From the NCBI GenBank assembly GCA_964658305.1, contig OZ210885.1, positions 8,370,001 to 8,434,000 of the forward strand: a stretch of DNA of 64,000 nt, given 5' to 3'. The stretch comes from Leptogorgia sarmentosa. Its lineage: Eukaryota. Numbering within the stretch: position 1 is the stretch's first letter; every line of letters begins with the position of its first letter. Under the pieces are notes generated by a model. The model saw only the letters and a program-made list of their open reading frames with translations, had not been told where the DNA came from and searched no databases. Positions 15,001 to 30,000 of this stretch are shown piece by piece. Both the position numbers and the translations under genes were made by a program.

Positions 15001-18000
15001 ACTTCTAAGCGTCTCCGCGCGTGCAAAATTAGACAGAGAACGCTCAGATTAGACATCCATAGCAAAATTTGAAACATGTTCGCTCTGCCCGTGCGGGCAA
15101 AGCGACTGAAATGGAAAACGGCCTTAAATCACACCCATTTCACCCAAATTCAATCACTTTCACCTCATAAATGTAGTACGTACATTGCACGAACTTTAAT
15201 TTGAATGGCCATAATATGTTTTTTATTGTTTCCAATCATTGCAGTTATACTAATTTTGACACACTTTTACCAATTGTAGCGATGGATTTTTGTTTCTTTA
15301 CTTATTTTCAAATTTTTGAGATCGCTAGATTTCTCTATTATGTATACGTTTACTCTAGACTAAAAACTTGCAGTGGGCTGAGAACAGACTTTCACTAAGC
15401 TCATGGAAAGACAGTTTAGTAGAAAGGAACAGAACTTCCGTGTCAATTGACAGCTAATCCCCTAAGACGTCAGCTGAGGTTTAAATCTTGTGGTATGTTC
15501 GCACAGCGCGACTAGTTATATTAGGCTCGTTTAAGACGTCTAATTCAAACAATGAGGGAAGTAATCTCATGAATGAAACGGGGTTCAACTTTATTTGGAA
15601 ATCAGCAGAAAAAACGGCCGAAAAATGGCCTGAAAAATTGCAATGTGTTGACATCCTTCATATGTCGTGAAGGCACATGGATGGGAAACTTACTGTAGCA
15701 AAATACCCGTTTAGAAAAAGATGAGATCAAAAATAGCAAGTTGAAATTTTTGAAATCTCGTACGCGTAGCTTTGGTATTCTTTCGCTACATGCAACACGA
15801 CTAAAAACGGATACAGGTTTGTAGATACTCGTGACGAATCAGTTTTAATTGTATTCTCCGTAATCGTTTAATACATAATCAGAACAGAAAATAGCCTGTA
15901 AAGCTAGCCATGCAAGACAATTTCAGAGCTAACACGTAAATCGAATTCAATATTTGACTCATTCGCGAGTGAATGCAGTGGTTTTTCGGGGAAAATATAT
16001 TCTCATTTAAAACGGATATTTCACACATTTAAATTATTGTGTGTATGAATATAGTAAAAAATCCTGTAGTCGCATCAAAGACTTAAAAGTATTTAGAAGT
16101 TTCAAATATTGCTTGATTTACCCACCTGCATTATGGTCGATCCAACTATCAGTTAAAAGTTTCCACTGGAGAAACACATTTTTCTGAAGGGAGTCAAACA
16201 AAAGATCTTTGCCGTCGGGTGATATTACAGGTGCGACCCTCGGACGTACAGTCGATACTTGTAGTGAGTCGAGATTGATTTCACAAATATGCATATCAGG
16301 GCTGCATGTGTAAATCATGTTGCGATCACATGCTATTTCCATTGTATAGGACGCGGGTAAAATGACGTCTTTCAAAGAAGCATCAGGCTTTTGCCAGTCC
16401 CAGATGAACACATGGTTATCTTCGCATCCAATTATAACTTGCAACCCATCAGAACCAAAGTGAACAATCTCAGGTGTGCCATTGCCCTCAATTCCATTGA
16501 TCACACTGCCGTCAGACAAATTCCACATCTTAAAAAATAAAAGGAAAAATAAATATTTTGTATGAAGCGCAACACGCCCTTAAAACTTGTGACTACAGTG
16601 CGACCCACGGTATTAGTTTGGTACGATATTAGTGCATTGTAGATTACATGTTTGGAGGATTAAACATAATACGGGTGAATTTTGTTTGGTTCATGGTAGA
16701 AACAATATTGCAATGATTACATTTCATACTAGTCACGTGACAGCAAAATCCAGGTGTTCCTCCATAAAAGAGGTGGTCCACGCTATTAGTTTCATAAATT
16801 GCCGAGCAATATGGGAAGTAGAAAAGACCTAACCTGAGCCAAGAAAGCCATTATTATGAAAGAAATAGCAAAAACCAACACTACAAAAGCAATTTTTGAA
16901 AGATTTGATGGTCATGTTGTGACAATGACAAGATTTTTGCAAAATCCATTCTTCAAGTGGAAATTTCATGCTGATCGAAGCAATTAAAGCCAATTTCAAA
17001 GCAGGATACGAGTTGAGCAACGAGTAAGTTGCGTAAAATGCCTCCAACAGCAACTGGAAAATTTTCCAAGATAGTTGGTCCTCTCGATGTTCCAAAAACC
17101 ACTCCCAATCGTGGACCTGCGAAGACAGGTTCCATGGAGTAAATGAAGAATTGTTGACCTTTCACTGCTAGACACGATCAATTGAGGATGGAATGGGCGA
17201 GAAAATATATGAGGACGAACACAATGTTTGTTCTTTTCACTGACGAATGAAGGCCGACACTGGATGGTCCAGATGACTGGAGTAAAGGATGGAATGAAGA
17301 ATGCGCTAAGGGGATGAGACGCCAACATGGTGTTGGAGGATTATGAACAGTAGTGGAAGCATCACAGATGCACTCATTGGTCCCTTCCGTGTACCTGAAG
17401 GTCAGAAGTTGTCTTCTGCTACGTATTGCCCTTACCTGAAGAAATCCCTTGAGTCACGGTTGGATAAACTTCCTTTAGCAACATTGAAGAAGATTACCTT
17501 AAAGCATGTCATATGCAGCAAAGACAACAACGGAATCCCTTCAGTCGTTTGGTTTTGTGAACAAAATCGTAATGGTTTGGCAACTAAACTCGCCAAATTT
17601 GAACCCAATTGAGAACTTGTGGTGAATAATAAAGCGTCATGTTTATATCATCTAGATGGAACCCATCTTGGCAGGTCCACGATTGCGAGTGGTTTTTGCA
17701 ACATCGACCAGACCAGCTTTCTTGGAAAATTTTCCACTTGCTGCTGGAAGCATTTTACGCAAATTACTCGTTGCTCAACTCGTATCCTGCTTCGAAATTG
17801 GCTTTAATAGCTTCGATCAGCATGAAATTTCCACTTGAAGAATGGATTTTGCAAAAATCTTGTCATTGTCACAACATGACCATCAAATCTTTCAAAAATT
17901 GCTTTTGTAGTGTTGGTTTTTGCTATTTCTTTCATAATAATGGCTTTCTTGGCTCAGGTTAGGTCTTTTCTACTTCTCATATTGCTCGGCGATTTATGAA

Positions 18001-21000
18001 ACTAATAGCGTGGACCACCTCTTTTATGGAGGAACACCTGGATTTTGTTGTCACGTGACTAATATGAAATGTAATCATTGCAATATTATTTCTACCATGA
18101 ACCAAACAAAATTCACCTTTATTATGTTTAATTTTCCTCATATGTAATTTACAATGTACTAATATCATACCAAACTAATACCGTGGGTCGCACTGTATAA
18201 TGATTTACCAAAACTAATTGTGAATATGATAACTAACTAACAGAATAGGTTTCGTTACTTATATTATGCGTGCTACTCAAAGCTATTATTGAAAGTAAGT
18301 TTTCAAAGATGTAGATAGAGCATAAAAAGTTAGTTAATACGTTCCTGTCGTTCCAGATTAGATTTTGCGTTTTATTTTCCAAAATATACGTACACTGAGC
18401 AATAATATGACTGAACAAAGCTTCTGTAATGCATAAATAAACCAATGGCGGCCATATTGGTCTGAATAAATTTCCTCCAAAAATGGCGTCTTTTTCCTTT
18501 TAAATTTGGCCGTGATTCGACCATGCATGTTTGATCGATTTCACTCGTTTTAGTATTTCATCTCATTACAAATTTTCTAACTTCAAAATTATTGAATGAA
18601 TTGAACAGGATGATAAATTCAGTAGCTACTTCGAGATCAGTGGGTTAAAGGGCTCGAATCTGCTAACTGTTTTTCGATGTTTGATCGATTTCATTCATTT
18701 TAGTATTTCATCTCATTACAAATTTTCTAACCTCAAAATTATTGACTGAATTGAACAGGATGTTAAATTCAGTACTTCGAGATCAGTGGGTTAAAGGGCT
18801 CGAATCTGCTAACTGTTTTTCGATGTTTGATCGATTTCATTCATTTTAGTATTTCATTTCATTACAAATTTTCTAACCTCAAAATTATTGACTGAATTGA
18901 ACAGGATGATAAATTCAGTACTTCGAGATCAGTGGGTTAAAGGGCTCGAACAGCAAGTTTTGCCATTTCAAGAAGAGAATTCGCGCAAAAGTCCCAGAAA
19001 GCCACCTTAACGAACAACAATTACAGTTGTACTACTTTGTATTACGAGCAACTATTAGTGAGATATTTTACACCCTTTATTAAAAAAGTTGTCTTGTTTC
19101 AACGCATAACTTGAATAGCAATGGATCGAAGAAAGGCAACAAATTCACGACTTCATTGACTTCATGTGAGTGGGGAGGGCCTCCAGAGATCTCATCTTAC
19201 TGCGGGTCAGCTTTCTAAGATACAGTACCAACTGCGACGTTAGGAATTAGGCTTGGAGTTTGGAATAAATAAAAATAATTTCCATCACTCTAACACTTTT
19301 CTAGTAACATAATCTTGGTAATGATTTCGTTGAATGCATGTCTTCATATTTTATGTATGCATTTAACAGTTTAACTGCATGTATACAACCGCGTGAATAA
19401 AGCTACTGCAGAAAGTTTGACTGGTTTGCTTGAGTTCAGGAGTCTATTGGCATTTTTCATTATACGAACAATGAAGCGGCCATGCAAATTGTGGAAAATT
19501 CAGTAAGGGCTATTTACTTGTTAGCAAATATTTCAAGTTTCAACCATTGTTAAATTAAATGCTCGGAAAGCTATAAAATCGCAGATACGGAGCAGGCAAT
19601 TGCTAAAAGGTATGTTCAACTTCAAAATATTTAAGTTTTATTCTCGTCAGAGTTTTAACGGGTTGTTTTACTGGAAATTCAACAAAGAGCAACAGTCTTG
19701 CTCACTGCCTAAACGACAGAAACAGATTTAACGTTTCGATGAAACGTCCTTCCTCGGGAATTGGTGTGTTCACTAATGTAGTTAATCAGTGGATAGCGCA
19801 ATCTTACATGTGAACAACCATCTCGTTACAGGAACGTTATAAATTGTTACTGCATGAGACTTCCTCCATTAAACGAGCGGGGGAGTTGAAATTTGATTTC
19901 TTTCACCAGTTGACAGGTATTACTAGTTACGCATACAGGATTATCTCGAGCTTCATATTAATTGGACTATATGAAATGTCAATTATACATAACTATAGAT
20001 ACCGATCTTGAACAATATAAAATTATATCTTGTGTCGCATCACGAATAGGTAAAGTCGTACATGACAGAACTTCAGCATTAATATTCAGTAAGTTGTTGC
20101 TTGGTCTTCCAGCAACACAAAATAGATAGTAAGTATCTTTCCCGTATAGACGACAAATTGCATGGTGGGGATTTTAGTAATGGGGATATTTTACGATCGG
20201 GTTAATTTGGTTCCAAATTTTCTAACTACAATAGAAATAAAAGATGTATTTATAGTACTCAGTTGTGTTGGTAGTGGTTTTATTAACAGGCAGCAAAGAG
20301 TCTACTCACCACCTAAATAACATAAACAGATTTTACGTTTCGAGCAAGGCCCTTCGCTGGGATCGAATATTGTGTTAAACTAATTCCCGACGAGGGCCCT
20401 TTTGCTGGAAACGTCAAATCCGTTTGTATCCCGTCTATATGTATTGAGAAGAACTTTGTTTGTTGTTAATGTTGCCATCTGCTACCTACACTAGTCAAAT
20501 ATTCATACTTCAATTATTATCTATCATGGGTTATGTGTACGTTGACCTGAAACCGTCATCATATAGGTCTGAATGAAGTTGATGTATAGTTTGTCTTAAA
20601 TCATGCATGAGAATCCATAACACATGGTAAATTAGTAACTTACTGAATCTGTCGAAATTTAAAGCTGTTTATGAAATTAAAAGCCAATGCTTCAATGCTC
20701 GTATCCATATACTGATATACAAATTTACTAAGACTATTTTTAATATTAAAATATAACTTACTTCAAACAGTCATTCTTATCATGGCCAGAAATGCGCGAC
20801 AGTCAGCGGCTCGGACAACGGGCGCGTAATTGACAACAGAGCATGCGCATTACGATGAAGGACTTTCAATGGATAATTTAAATTGCAAATCCCCTGTTTA
20901 CGAGGCTTTGGACCTAAATTTTGTGCTAGAAATATGGACACGTTTGGGGCTAAAAGGAACCGCTTTCTGTGGACTTTTAAACATTACAAATGGTTTAAAC

Positions 21001-24000
21001 GGGTAGCGGAACTTTCAAACTTTAAAATACGATGTTGGCAACATTGAAAACTTGAAGATAAACCAGGGTAATTTTGCCACCAATTCGGGCATTACAACAT
21101 AAATTATGGATTTAATATAGCTTATTAATGGCATAGTTGGTTCGATAATTATTTTATGAGAAACCAACTCCCCGAATCCTTTGTATTATATAATTTCGTA
21201 CAGGTTCACGTTGGGTTGTTTTAATCATTTCTAGATATTGGCAAATAGGTTTATGCTCACAATACTAATGCTATTTGTGGAAAATGCATTTTACTAGTAT
21301 AATCTACTAGTAATAAACGCCATTTTGAATAAATACGTATCAGGCTTTGCGCATGCTAAGTAGCTGACTGTCGTGCATTTCCGGCCATGGTTTTCTTATT
21401 ATGTATTATATGTAAATGTACATTTCTTTCGGTTCCGCGGTTTAAAATATGTCAGCACGAAGTCCTGGAATGGATTAAATGTGAAGTTACAGGTTTCAAA
21501 ACAAAGCGCAAAACACGGATGTCGTGCAGTTTAAGCCAGTTTAAGAACACATCTGATATAGCATCAGAAAATCAAAGTTATAGTTTATGCCAATCAACCG
21601 AAATCTTCGTATTACATTATACTGACACCTGCACGCTGACGATTTTCTCTTTGTTTCTTCATAATTATTAATGCATTTCACAAGTATATGTACCCATGTT
21701 TTGTAAAAATTGTATACATTCCTAATAATGAATACGCCGAGTCGAAACGTGGGACAAACAATTCAAAACAATTGGACGTTTCTATTGTTTTGTATTTTTA
21801 TATGTACAGTATAGCTAGTAGGCTTGTGTACTACACCTTTATCGAGGACTTCGTTGAGCTCCATTCCTTTGACAGCGACACGACATAGCGATCATCAGCA
21901 GAGACTGCAACATGTTTTGCCCATTCAAGGTCACCTATTGATCAGGAAGGAAAAATAATCAATTCAGAAATTGAAGCAAACATTAAAAGGATATTTTCTG
22001 TAACAGTCACAAATAGGTTGTGCATGATCATGTTGGACGCGTTATTAAAATTAATGTAAAAATCTTTGCTATTTAAGGATTCATATACAATGAAAAGAAA
22101 AATCTTGAGTAGTGGATTAAATACTGTATCTAATATAACTTGATACTTTAACCAGCAGCAAAAGTTCTACTCACCAACTGAACGATAGGCAGTGAATTTG
22201 TTATCTAACGTTTAGGTAGTAAGTATAACTTTTGTTGCTTGTTGATGTTATTATATCCGGAACCTATACAGCAGTTGTCTACCAGCAGTCGATATTGTCA
22301 TTTTTTTATCATAGAAGATTTTCATCATCACAAATGGAGATGTATTTTTCACTTGTAAAAAAATGCACACATTGAGCTATCGCAAGCACCTCCATTCATA
22401 CGAGGTTGCATTGATAAATAACTTTGTAGCCATAAATTACGATGAACTACTAGACTACCATCCTTAGATATTTATAATGTAAGAACTGGTGGAATTGTGA
22501 GAAAGTACATTAGATAGCGTTACGATTAAGCGGATTGTGAAAGTTAAGATGCAAATATATATTGTAATGTATTATACAGGGTGTCTCAAAAAAAAGGTAA
22601 TCCAACTTTGGCATGCCATTGTGCGTTAATTACTGGGTGTACGAACGTTATTTTTGCATGGTCATAAAGATCAAGGTCTTAGCAGTTGAATGACATATTT
22701 GTTGTACGATATGGAAGAAAATCAGGCAAATGCGAGCGTGTTGAAAAATCTCGGTGAAAAACACATTCTTTCACCACTGAGAATTGCAGCTAAACTTATT
22801 CAAAATTAACTCCCTCTGGGACTCGAAGATGACGATCTTCCCTTCAACAATCGACCTGATTATGCATAATTATTAATAATCCTGATAAAATCTTTGTTAC
22901 CATGACACATTCGTGATGAATTGCATTTTTCTTTTGTTATGTACTGCTTTAATTAGGCACAGAGGTGAAAGAATGCGTTTTTCACCGAGATTTTTCAACA
23001 CGCTCGCATTTGCCTGATTTTCTTCCATATCGTAGAACAAATATGTCATTCAACTGCTAAGACCTTGATCTTTATGACCATGCAAAAATCACGTTCGTAC
23101 ACCCAGTAATTAACGCACAATGGCATGCCAAAGTTCGATTACCTTTTTTTTGAGACACCCTGTATAATAATAATATTATTGTTCCCACATGCTGGACCAT
23201 TTGTCAATATTTTAAATATATATAAATTTAATAAAAAAATCTGGTTTGTATTTATTACCGATAATAGGAGGGACTTCCACAGAAATTAATCAATGCAAAA
23301 CACGATATAGGAATATTCGCGCACTCTCACCCATTTAGACACACCAAAATTGTGCAAATTTACACTTAGTGTTCGCTGAACACTTCGGAATTTAGAGTGT
23401 GGTCGCATATTGAACCTTATTCTAGCGGACTAGACCATAAACTATCAAAAGAATGGACTGGAAACGCACACTGAAACTGCACAACAACCGCGTGATACGC
23501 TTTATGTGGAACCACGTAACTTCACATTAAATCCATTCCAAGACTTCGTATTGACATATTTCAAACCAGAAGAGAAATGAGTGTGCATCTATCCACCGTT
23601 CAACGCAAAAAGCACCGTTGCAATAAGTAGTGAGAAATTTTATATCTTGATATTATGCTGGCGTTGTGTTTGTGATCGTTGTCTGTCAGTTTCAAATATT
23701 CCGTATCTCTACACTCTTCTTTATACGCCTGTGATAAACAAATAACTTCACAGTTGCTCGTTTGTACCGTTATTATTCACTCGTTGTGATCGCTAAGCTC
23801 ACTCGTTCACTGCGCTCACTCGTTTATTTAGCGATCCATCACAATTGGTAAATAAAAATCGTACGCACTGGCCAACCGTAGCGTCAATGATGTAAATAGA
23901 GATGTCTACCGTACGATTCGCAAATAATAAAATTCGAACAAACGAGTCAACTGCGCATGAAGTAATTTGTTTATTATATGAATACAAGGAATAGTGTAGA

Positions 24001-27000
24001 GATACGGAATATTTGACATACACAGACGACAATGATAGACACAACACGAGCGAAACATCAAAATATAAAATATCTTAGCTTATTGTTTTGTTTTCAAGGA
24101 GGTTTATATCGTCATTCTGCATACTAGTTTTTGAACATGGTACAATACTTGAAGCACAAAAATTAACAAGGTTGAGGCTAGGTTCATATGAATTTAGTAA
24201 AATGAAAATGAATTTAGTGAAATGAAATGAAAACGAGATCGTCCGCAACCTATATTTATAAGAAAGCTGGCCCAAATAGACAATTTGAACTATACCTGTG
24301 ACAGAAAAGCACTGTGTGTGAAGATCCCAAACTTCGAAAGTACCATCTCTAGATGCGCAAACACATCTAGACTCATCACGAGCGATTTTAATATCTGTAA
24401 CGTCATTTGAATGATCAGAGAGACTATTTTGTTGCATGTACGCAGCAGTTCCCAGGTTCCAAACCCTGATACTTCCATCCAATGACGCTGTCAATACCTT
24501 CTTTTCTTTGGGAATTATTGCAACACCGCTGAAATATTACAAGTTGATTGTTTAATTCTAATAATAATTTTTTCTACCGAAAAAAGGAAAAGACGATCTC
24601 TGCCAGACTATTGATTCTTTCATATTATCAAAATATGCTGTATAATTTATTCATACATGATCAGGTAAATATGTCCTATTCATCGAATGTTAGTGCAAAT
24701 GAAAACTACATCTATGGTCACTTTATCTTTAGCAAAAATCGTTCTATTACTAAGTCGACAACAATTAAGAAGATAGATAGATAGATAAAACCTTTATTTA
24801 CACAAGGTAGTCCCGTCAGTAATAAAAATTGCTGTTATCAATGGGAGCCCTATAGACATATTGTGGAGTTCAGTACTGTTGATATCGACGAAAGCAACAA
24901 TACAAGATAGAGTAATGATAGATGTACAACAGGTAAAATAATGTTGCATTGGATGTCATACGCTCCTGACTAAATTTTAATCTAAGCAAGATGAACAAAA
25001 TCTTTCACCAATTAGTAATACTGCAAAATTCAATCGCAAAAGGTTGCAAAGTACGGAAAATACAGTCCTTCAAAGTTGACAAATTTGTATGCTTTTTATA
25101 TTTCCGTGAATTAGTAACTAATTTAATTATCAGTTTCAGCGCCTGTCAATCTGCAACTACGCACGGCTATATTTTCCGTATTCAGCATTTTCCGTATTCA
25201 ACACCTCGGAAGCGGGCGAGTGGGCTGGATAGGCTACTGCACCCCCCTCCCATCCCCTCCGATAACTTGCCAGAATTTTGCCAACGATCTCTTTGGAAAA
25301 ATGAAATATAAAAGGAATCTAGACTTCAACAAGATTTATTAGGTCTCTCCCAAAACCCGCCTAGAGTGTAATCACTAATATGCATTTTCAAGCGCCCAAT
25401 CGTGAGTCCTTTTCGATGGGCCTTGTATTATCAAACATTTCACAACCAAACATTTAGTTTTTCAAATTTTGATAACGTCACAAAATGTCCTTCGTTTATC
25501 CCTCATTAAAATCTTTCTAAAGCACAAGCCGTCCATTGCAGATAACTGAGATAAGCTTAAAGTATGTAGCACGACTATAACCGGGAGCCAATTAGTCTAA
25601 TAGTGAAATAAATAGAAATTCTTAAAGCGTTGTGAACAAGTGGATGACTGGAAATTAATTTCATGGAGTTCATGCTCGCTATCTTTTCAAGTCATCAATA
25701 ACCGATTTCAAGAAGCAGTACGTCTAAGTGTGACAGTGAAATATCGTAATAAATTAATACAATTACACAAAACAGAATGTGTTGTATGTTAAGCTTAATG
25801 TGATGTATCGGGTCTTCGTTTTTGCCTTGCCTGCATAACGATCCTTTCGCTAAATTAGATATAGCTGCTAGAGTGAACCCACCTGATGCGATCGGTATGA
25901 CCTTCATAACAGGAAAGGCACTTTCCAGTGTGCAAACACCACAACCTCGCACTTCCTCCGCCGTCTCCAGAGATAATATACTTTTTATCTCCGCTCACAG
26001 CGACACTGGTAACATCGGATTCATGACCCTTAAGAGTACGAATTTCTTGATATTTTTTTAAATCCCAAATTTTTATTGTCCCATCGTTTGAACCAGACAC
26101 AAGCATTGGATTGTTTTTTCCTGAATCTAAAACAGAAACGCACTTTAGTCGAACTGGCACAAAAAAAACTAGGGAAGGCAAAGTACATGATATCCTAAAT
26201 ATATTCAATAACTCGATCGCTGACAGGAGAAATTTTCATATATGCATTCTTCAAGTCCAGGCAATGGATTCTACAGTAGTAGAATACCGAAAGTTTATTT
26301 TGTTGGTACCGTTAGGATATTGAAGAGAAATTGACGCAAAAAGAAATTCCAATGTGTCAGGATAAACTTGAAATACTCAAAATATGGCCGAACCATCTTG
26401 CACAATTGTTTGGTATTACACAAGGAAGAGATGATTTGATTTTGGTTCAATTCGGCTGAGAATCAAGCAAAACATTTATGAAAAAAAACTTTCGTTCCTT
26501 TATTTTTTAATGCGTAATGAAGTTAATTGATAGTCTGGATGTGTTGTGTGAATTAGTATATTTACGGTACCAAATTTGGGTGAAAATTTATTAAACCCCC
26601 ACCATCTACTTAGTCCCCTCTTCAGATAAGCCCCCACCTGAAAGCAGGAAAACATAAATATTCCCCAAGGGGCTAAATAGAGGAAATACGGTAGTCTTTC
26701 TTGAAGCTGCTCGAATAGTTAATTTCGCAATACGTGTTTAATTGGATTTTATACAAAAACAAATTTCTTTCTCGTTTAATAAAAATACATAAGAAATACG
26801 CAGTCGTAATCAACATTTAATTTGGGTCTCAAAGTTCTAAAAGTTTGTTGAAGTTATTTCAAAATTTTATGATAATATAAGTGTTAAAACTAAGTTTAAC
26901 TTCTGAAAAGTCTATAATGTTTTTTCCTGAGGAAATATTCGAGTACCTAAATTTATACTTGCTATTTCTACCTATATCCATACTATGTACTGTAAAGTTA

Positions 27001-30000
27001 CGAAAAAGTCTAATGAAAGATCGTAAGAACTCTGCGTTGGTGCAATTACTCAAAACCAGAGTGTAACAGTACTGAACAGTACGTACACTGTAGCATGTAC
27101 CGCAATGGGAAATTTTCATTGCTGCATTTCATCATTATTAGTTTGCACATGTATTCATACTTACGTTTGGGAACATAACTGTGTTTAACTGCTCTTAACT
27201 GTTAACCTAAGTGCTTTTTCATGTCACTGAGTAGCTGTTGAAATTGACTGATTAAATTCAATTATTATCACATTTATTCAAGCAACTAACCTACCAAGTT
27301 CTAACAGTACAGCACAATGTTTGTCACAACAATTATAAAACAGGTCAAACTATATCAATTTTGTCTGTTGGAATAAAAGCGTCTGAGGTCAAGATGGACA
27401 AGATAAGTCAAACGACACTTGGCTATATACCTTGGCAATGGACAGTATATCTAAAACAATATTACTTTACAAACAACATTCATGTTGGCTTCCATTTGTT
27501 ACTTTATCTATATAATTTCATTAGTCAAAAACAAACGGTATAAAATGCTGTCATATTCTGTTGTGAGCTTGTAATTCAATTAATTCTCCTGTAATTGAAT
27601 TCTATTATATATTGTAGTTCAATTCGATATGTGTGCATTAATTAGATACATGTGAAACGGCTAGAATTGTTCTTGGTCGATATACCCCTATGAAATGCAT
27701 TTCAGAGCAGTGGCGTAGGATGGTGGGGCACTTGGAAGGAGCCCCCCCTAACTTTCACGGTAATAAGAAAAAGTGTCCTTTTAAAAAAGAAAGTGCCCTT
27801 CTTTCATGCCTAGGATTTGTACAGCTTTCTGATAGACATGAGAATTTGCCCAAATGTACTAAAATATTTTGTAGGATTCCATCATTCACTAGCTTTTAAA
27901 TGTTTTTTTTTGTGAAGATACCGCCTTGCTGATTGCAAGTTGCAAATACAGGAATAAGTTTTCCCAACCAAAAATATCACATCTTCTTGTTGCTAAGTTA
28001 AAGCAACTTCTAACAACAACAAAGCGTTCTAAAGTTAAAGTTGAAACTTATTTAAAGTTGCAACATTTAATAGTAAAGGTTTGGATTCTGTTCTCCTTGT
28101 GCCTCCCCCTCCCCTACAAACTACAACTTGATTCGTATGCCCTTGTTTCATAGCCTGCTTCTATTTTTAGGGCAGACTATTATTACTTACAAGAGGTCTA
28201 AATGCTAATAAAATATACAATACCCGGCCTAAATGCCAAGTCTTTTGAATCTACTTGTACAGTATCACAATTTATACATTAAGGTTTGCGACACAAGGTA
28301 ATCAGTTGAAATATACACACAAGCAAATTGTCTCAAAGTATTTTTAGAAAGCTAGCATAGATAAATCAATAGCCATTTTAAAATACTCTTAGCATATACA
28401 AATACAACCAGCCTAAAACTTTGAAAGAAATCAGAAAGTCCTAAAATAGTGCTTGTACATGAAAGCACTGGTTACCACCATACTAACAATTAAGGAAAGA
28501 CATAGCCTGCGCGCAGTCTCAACGGGGGAGGGGAAACTACGGGATCCCGTAGTTTCCCCTCCCCCGTTGAGACTGCGCGCAGGCTAGGAAAGACATTGCT
28601 TTCTTTCTAGGCATAATTTTTCATTGCAATATTACAATGCTGTTGCAAGCAGGTATTTTTGTGCAATAATTCGGAAAATTTCTTCCAAAACATGATATTC
28701 CCCTCCAATCCTTGTTTTATTGAACCATTAAGGAAGTTTATAATAAAGAATATGGTTTATCCGAATGAAATAACAAATATAATTCTGAAGAGACTCTATT
28801 GAAGTAAGATCTTCAAAATGTTATGAAATATTAACTCATACAGTATTACATACCAGTTGCGACAACGCATCTCACCCCATCTGTATGGCCAACCAAACTG
28901 GCCTCAAAATTTAGTGTATCGGCTTTCCACAACTTGATAGTCTTGTCAGGAGATGACCCATCAGTAGCAACAGTAGCAATGAACTGTCCATCTTTGGTCG
29001 TACACAGCGAGTAGACTCTCTCAGGAATACTTGTTGAGAGTTTTTTTCCGGTAGATACACAATACATTTTCAGCCCTACAACGCATGATGGATACTCGTC
29101 AGACTGATGTTTCAATAATGTCTAACTCTAGACGATTTTGTGAAATCTTGTTTTTAATTGTGTCCCTCTACGGCGCTGAACATGCTCTGGCTGTTGCTGG
29201 CTTATGTTTTTACACTGCGTTTCACTGCGCTCTACACGACGTTTACAGTTAACCGCTGGTTTGAAGATACGCAGTCGCTGGAATCCTCAAACCAGCTGTT
29301 GCAATTATTGTTTGAATATGAACAATTTGTACTTTTGGCGAAGGTTGAGAGGTGCTACTCAAACAGACGTATCTGGTTTTCCCAGGAAATCATTTTACTA
29401 CAGCTACGTTGTAAAACTGCTGTTCCTGGCATCAAACACAAAAAGAATTAGTGAACATGGTCCAATCACACGATACGATGCCGTTTGTAAATTTCATAAA
29501 CCCACCCTATACCATAGCCACATTGTGATCAAATTGTATGCATTGTACAGAGCATCCATACCAGTGGTAGTGTTGGTAAAACTTGGTTACAGATCGCGAA
29601 AGTTAGAACCGTAAAGCAAGGGCCATGTACGCCAGTGGGCTTCGCTTCAAAATAATGAAAATATACTTTGTTTTCAAATGTAGTCGATTATATACAAGTT
29701 GTAACCTGTTGTACAGTACAACAGGTTACAGGTACGAGTTCAGTAAAATGGTCGAAATGTACGACGGATTACAAACGAGCTCTCTTTCTCTCCAACACGT
29801 TTCCGAAAGTTGAAATACAAATTTTTATAAATCTTTTTTTTTCACTGAGTATATACCGCACGAAATAAAGACAAACACCGTTGAAATCCTAATAAAATGA
29901 TCTTTCGAACGGTGGGTTTCAAACGCATGGTAGTTAAAACACAACACACAAAAAAATAAAGATTGATCGTCGGAAACGTAAGGCATATTAGCATCTATCT

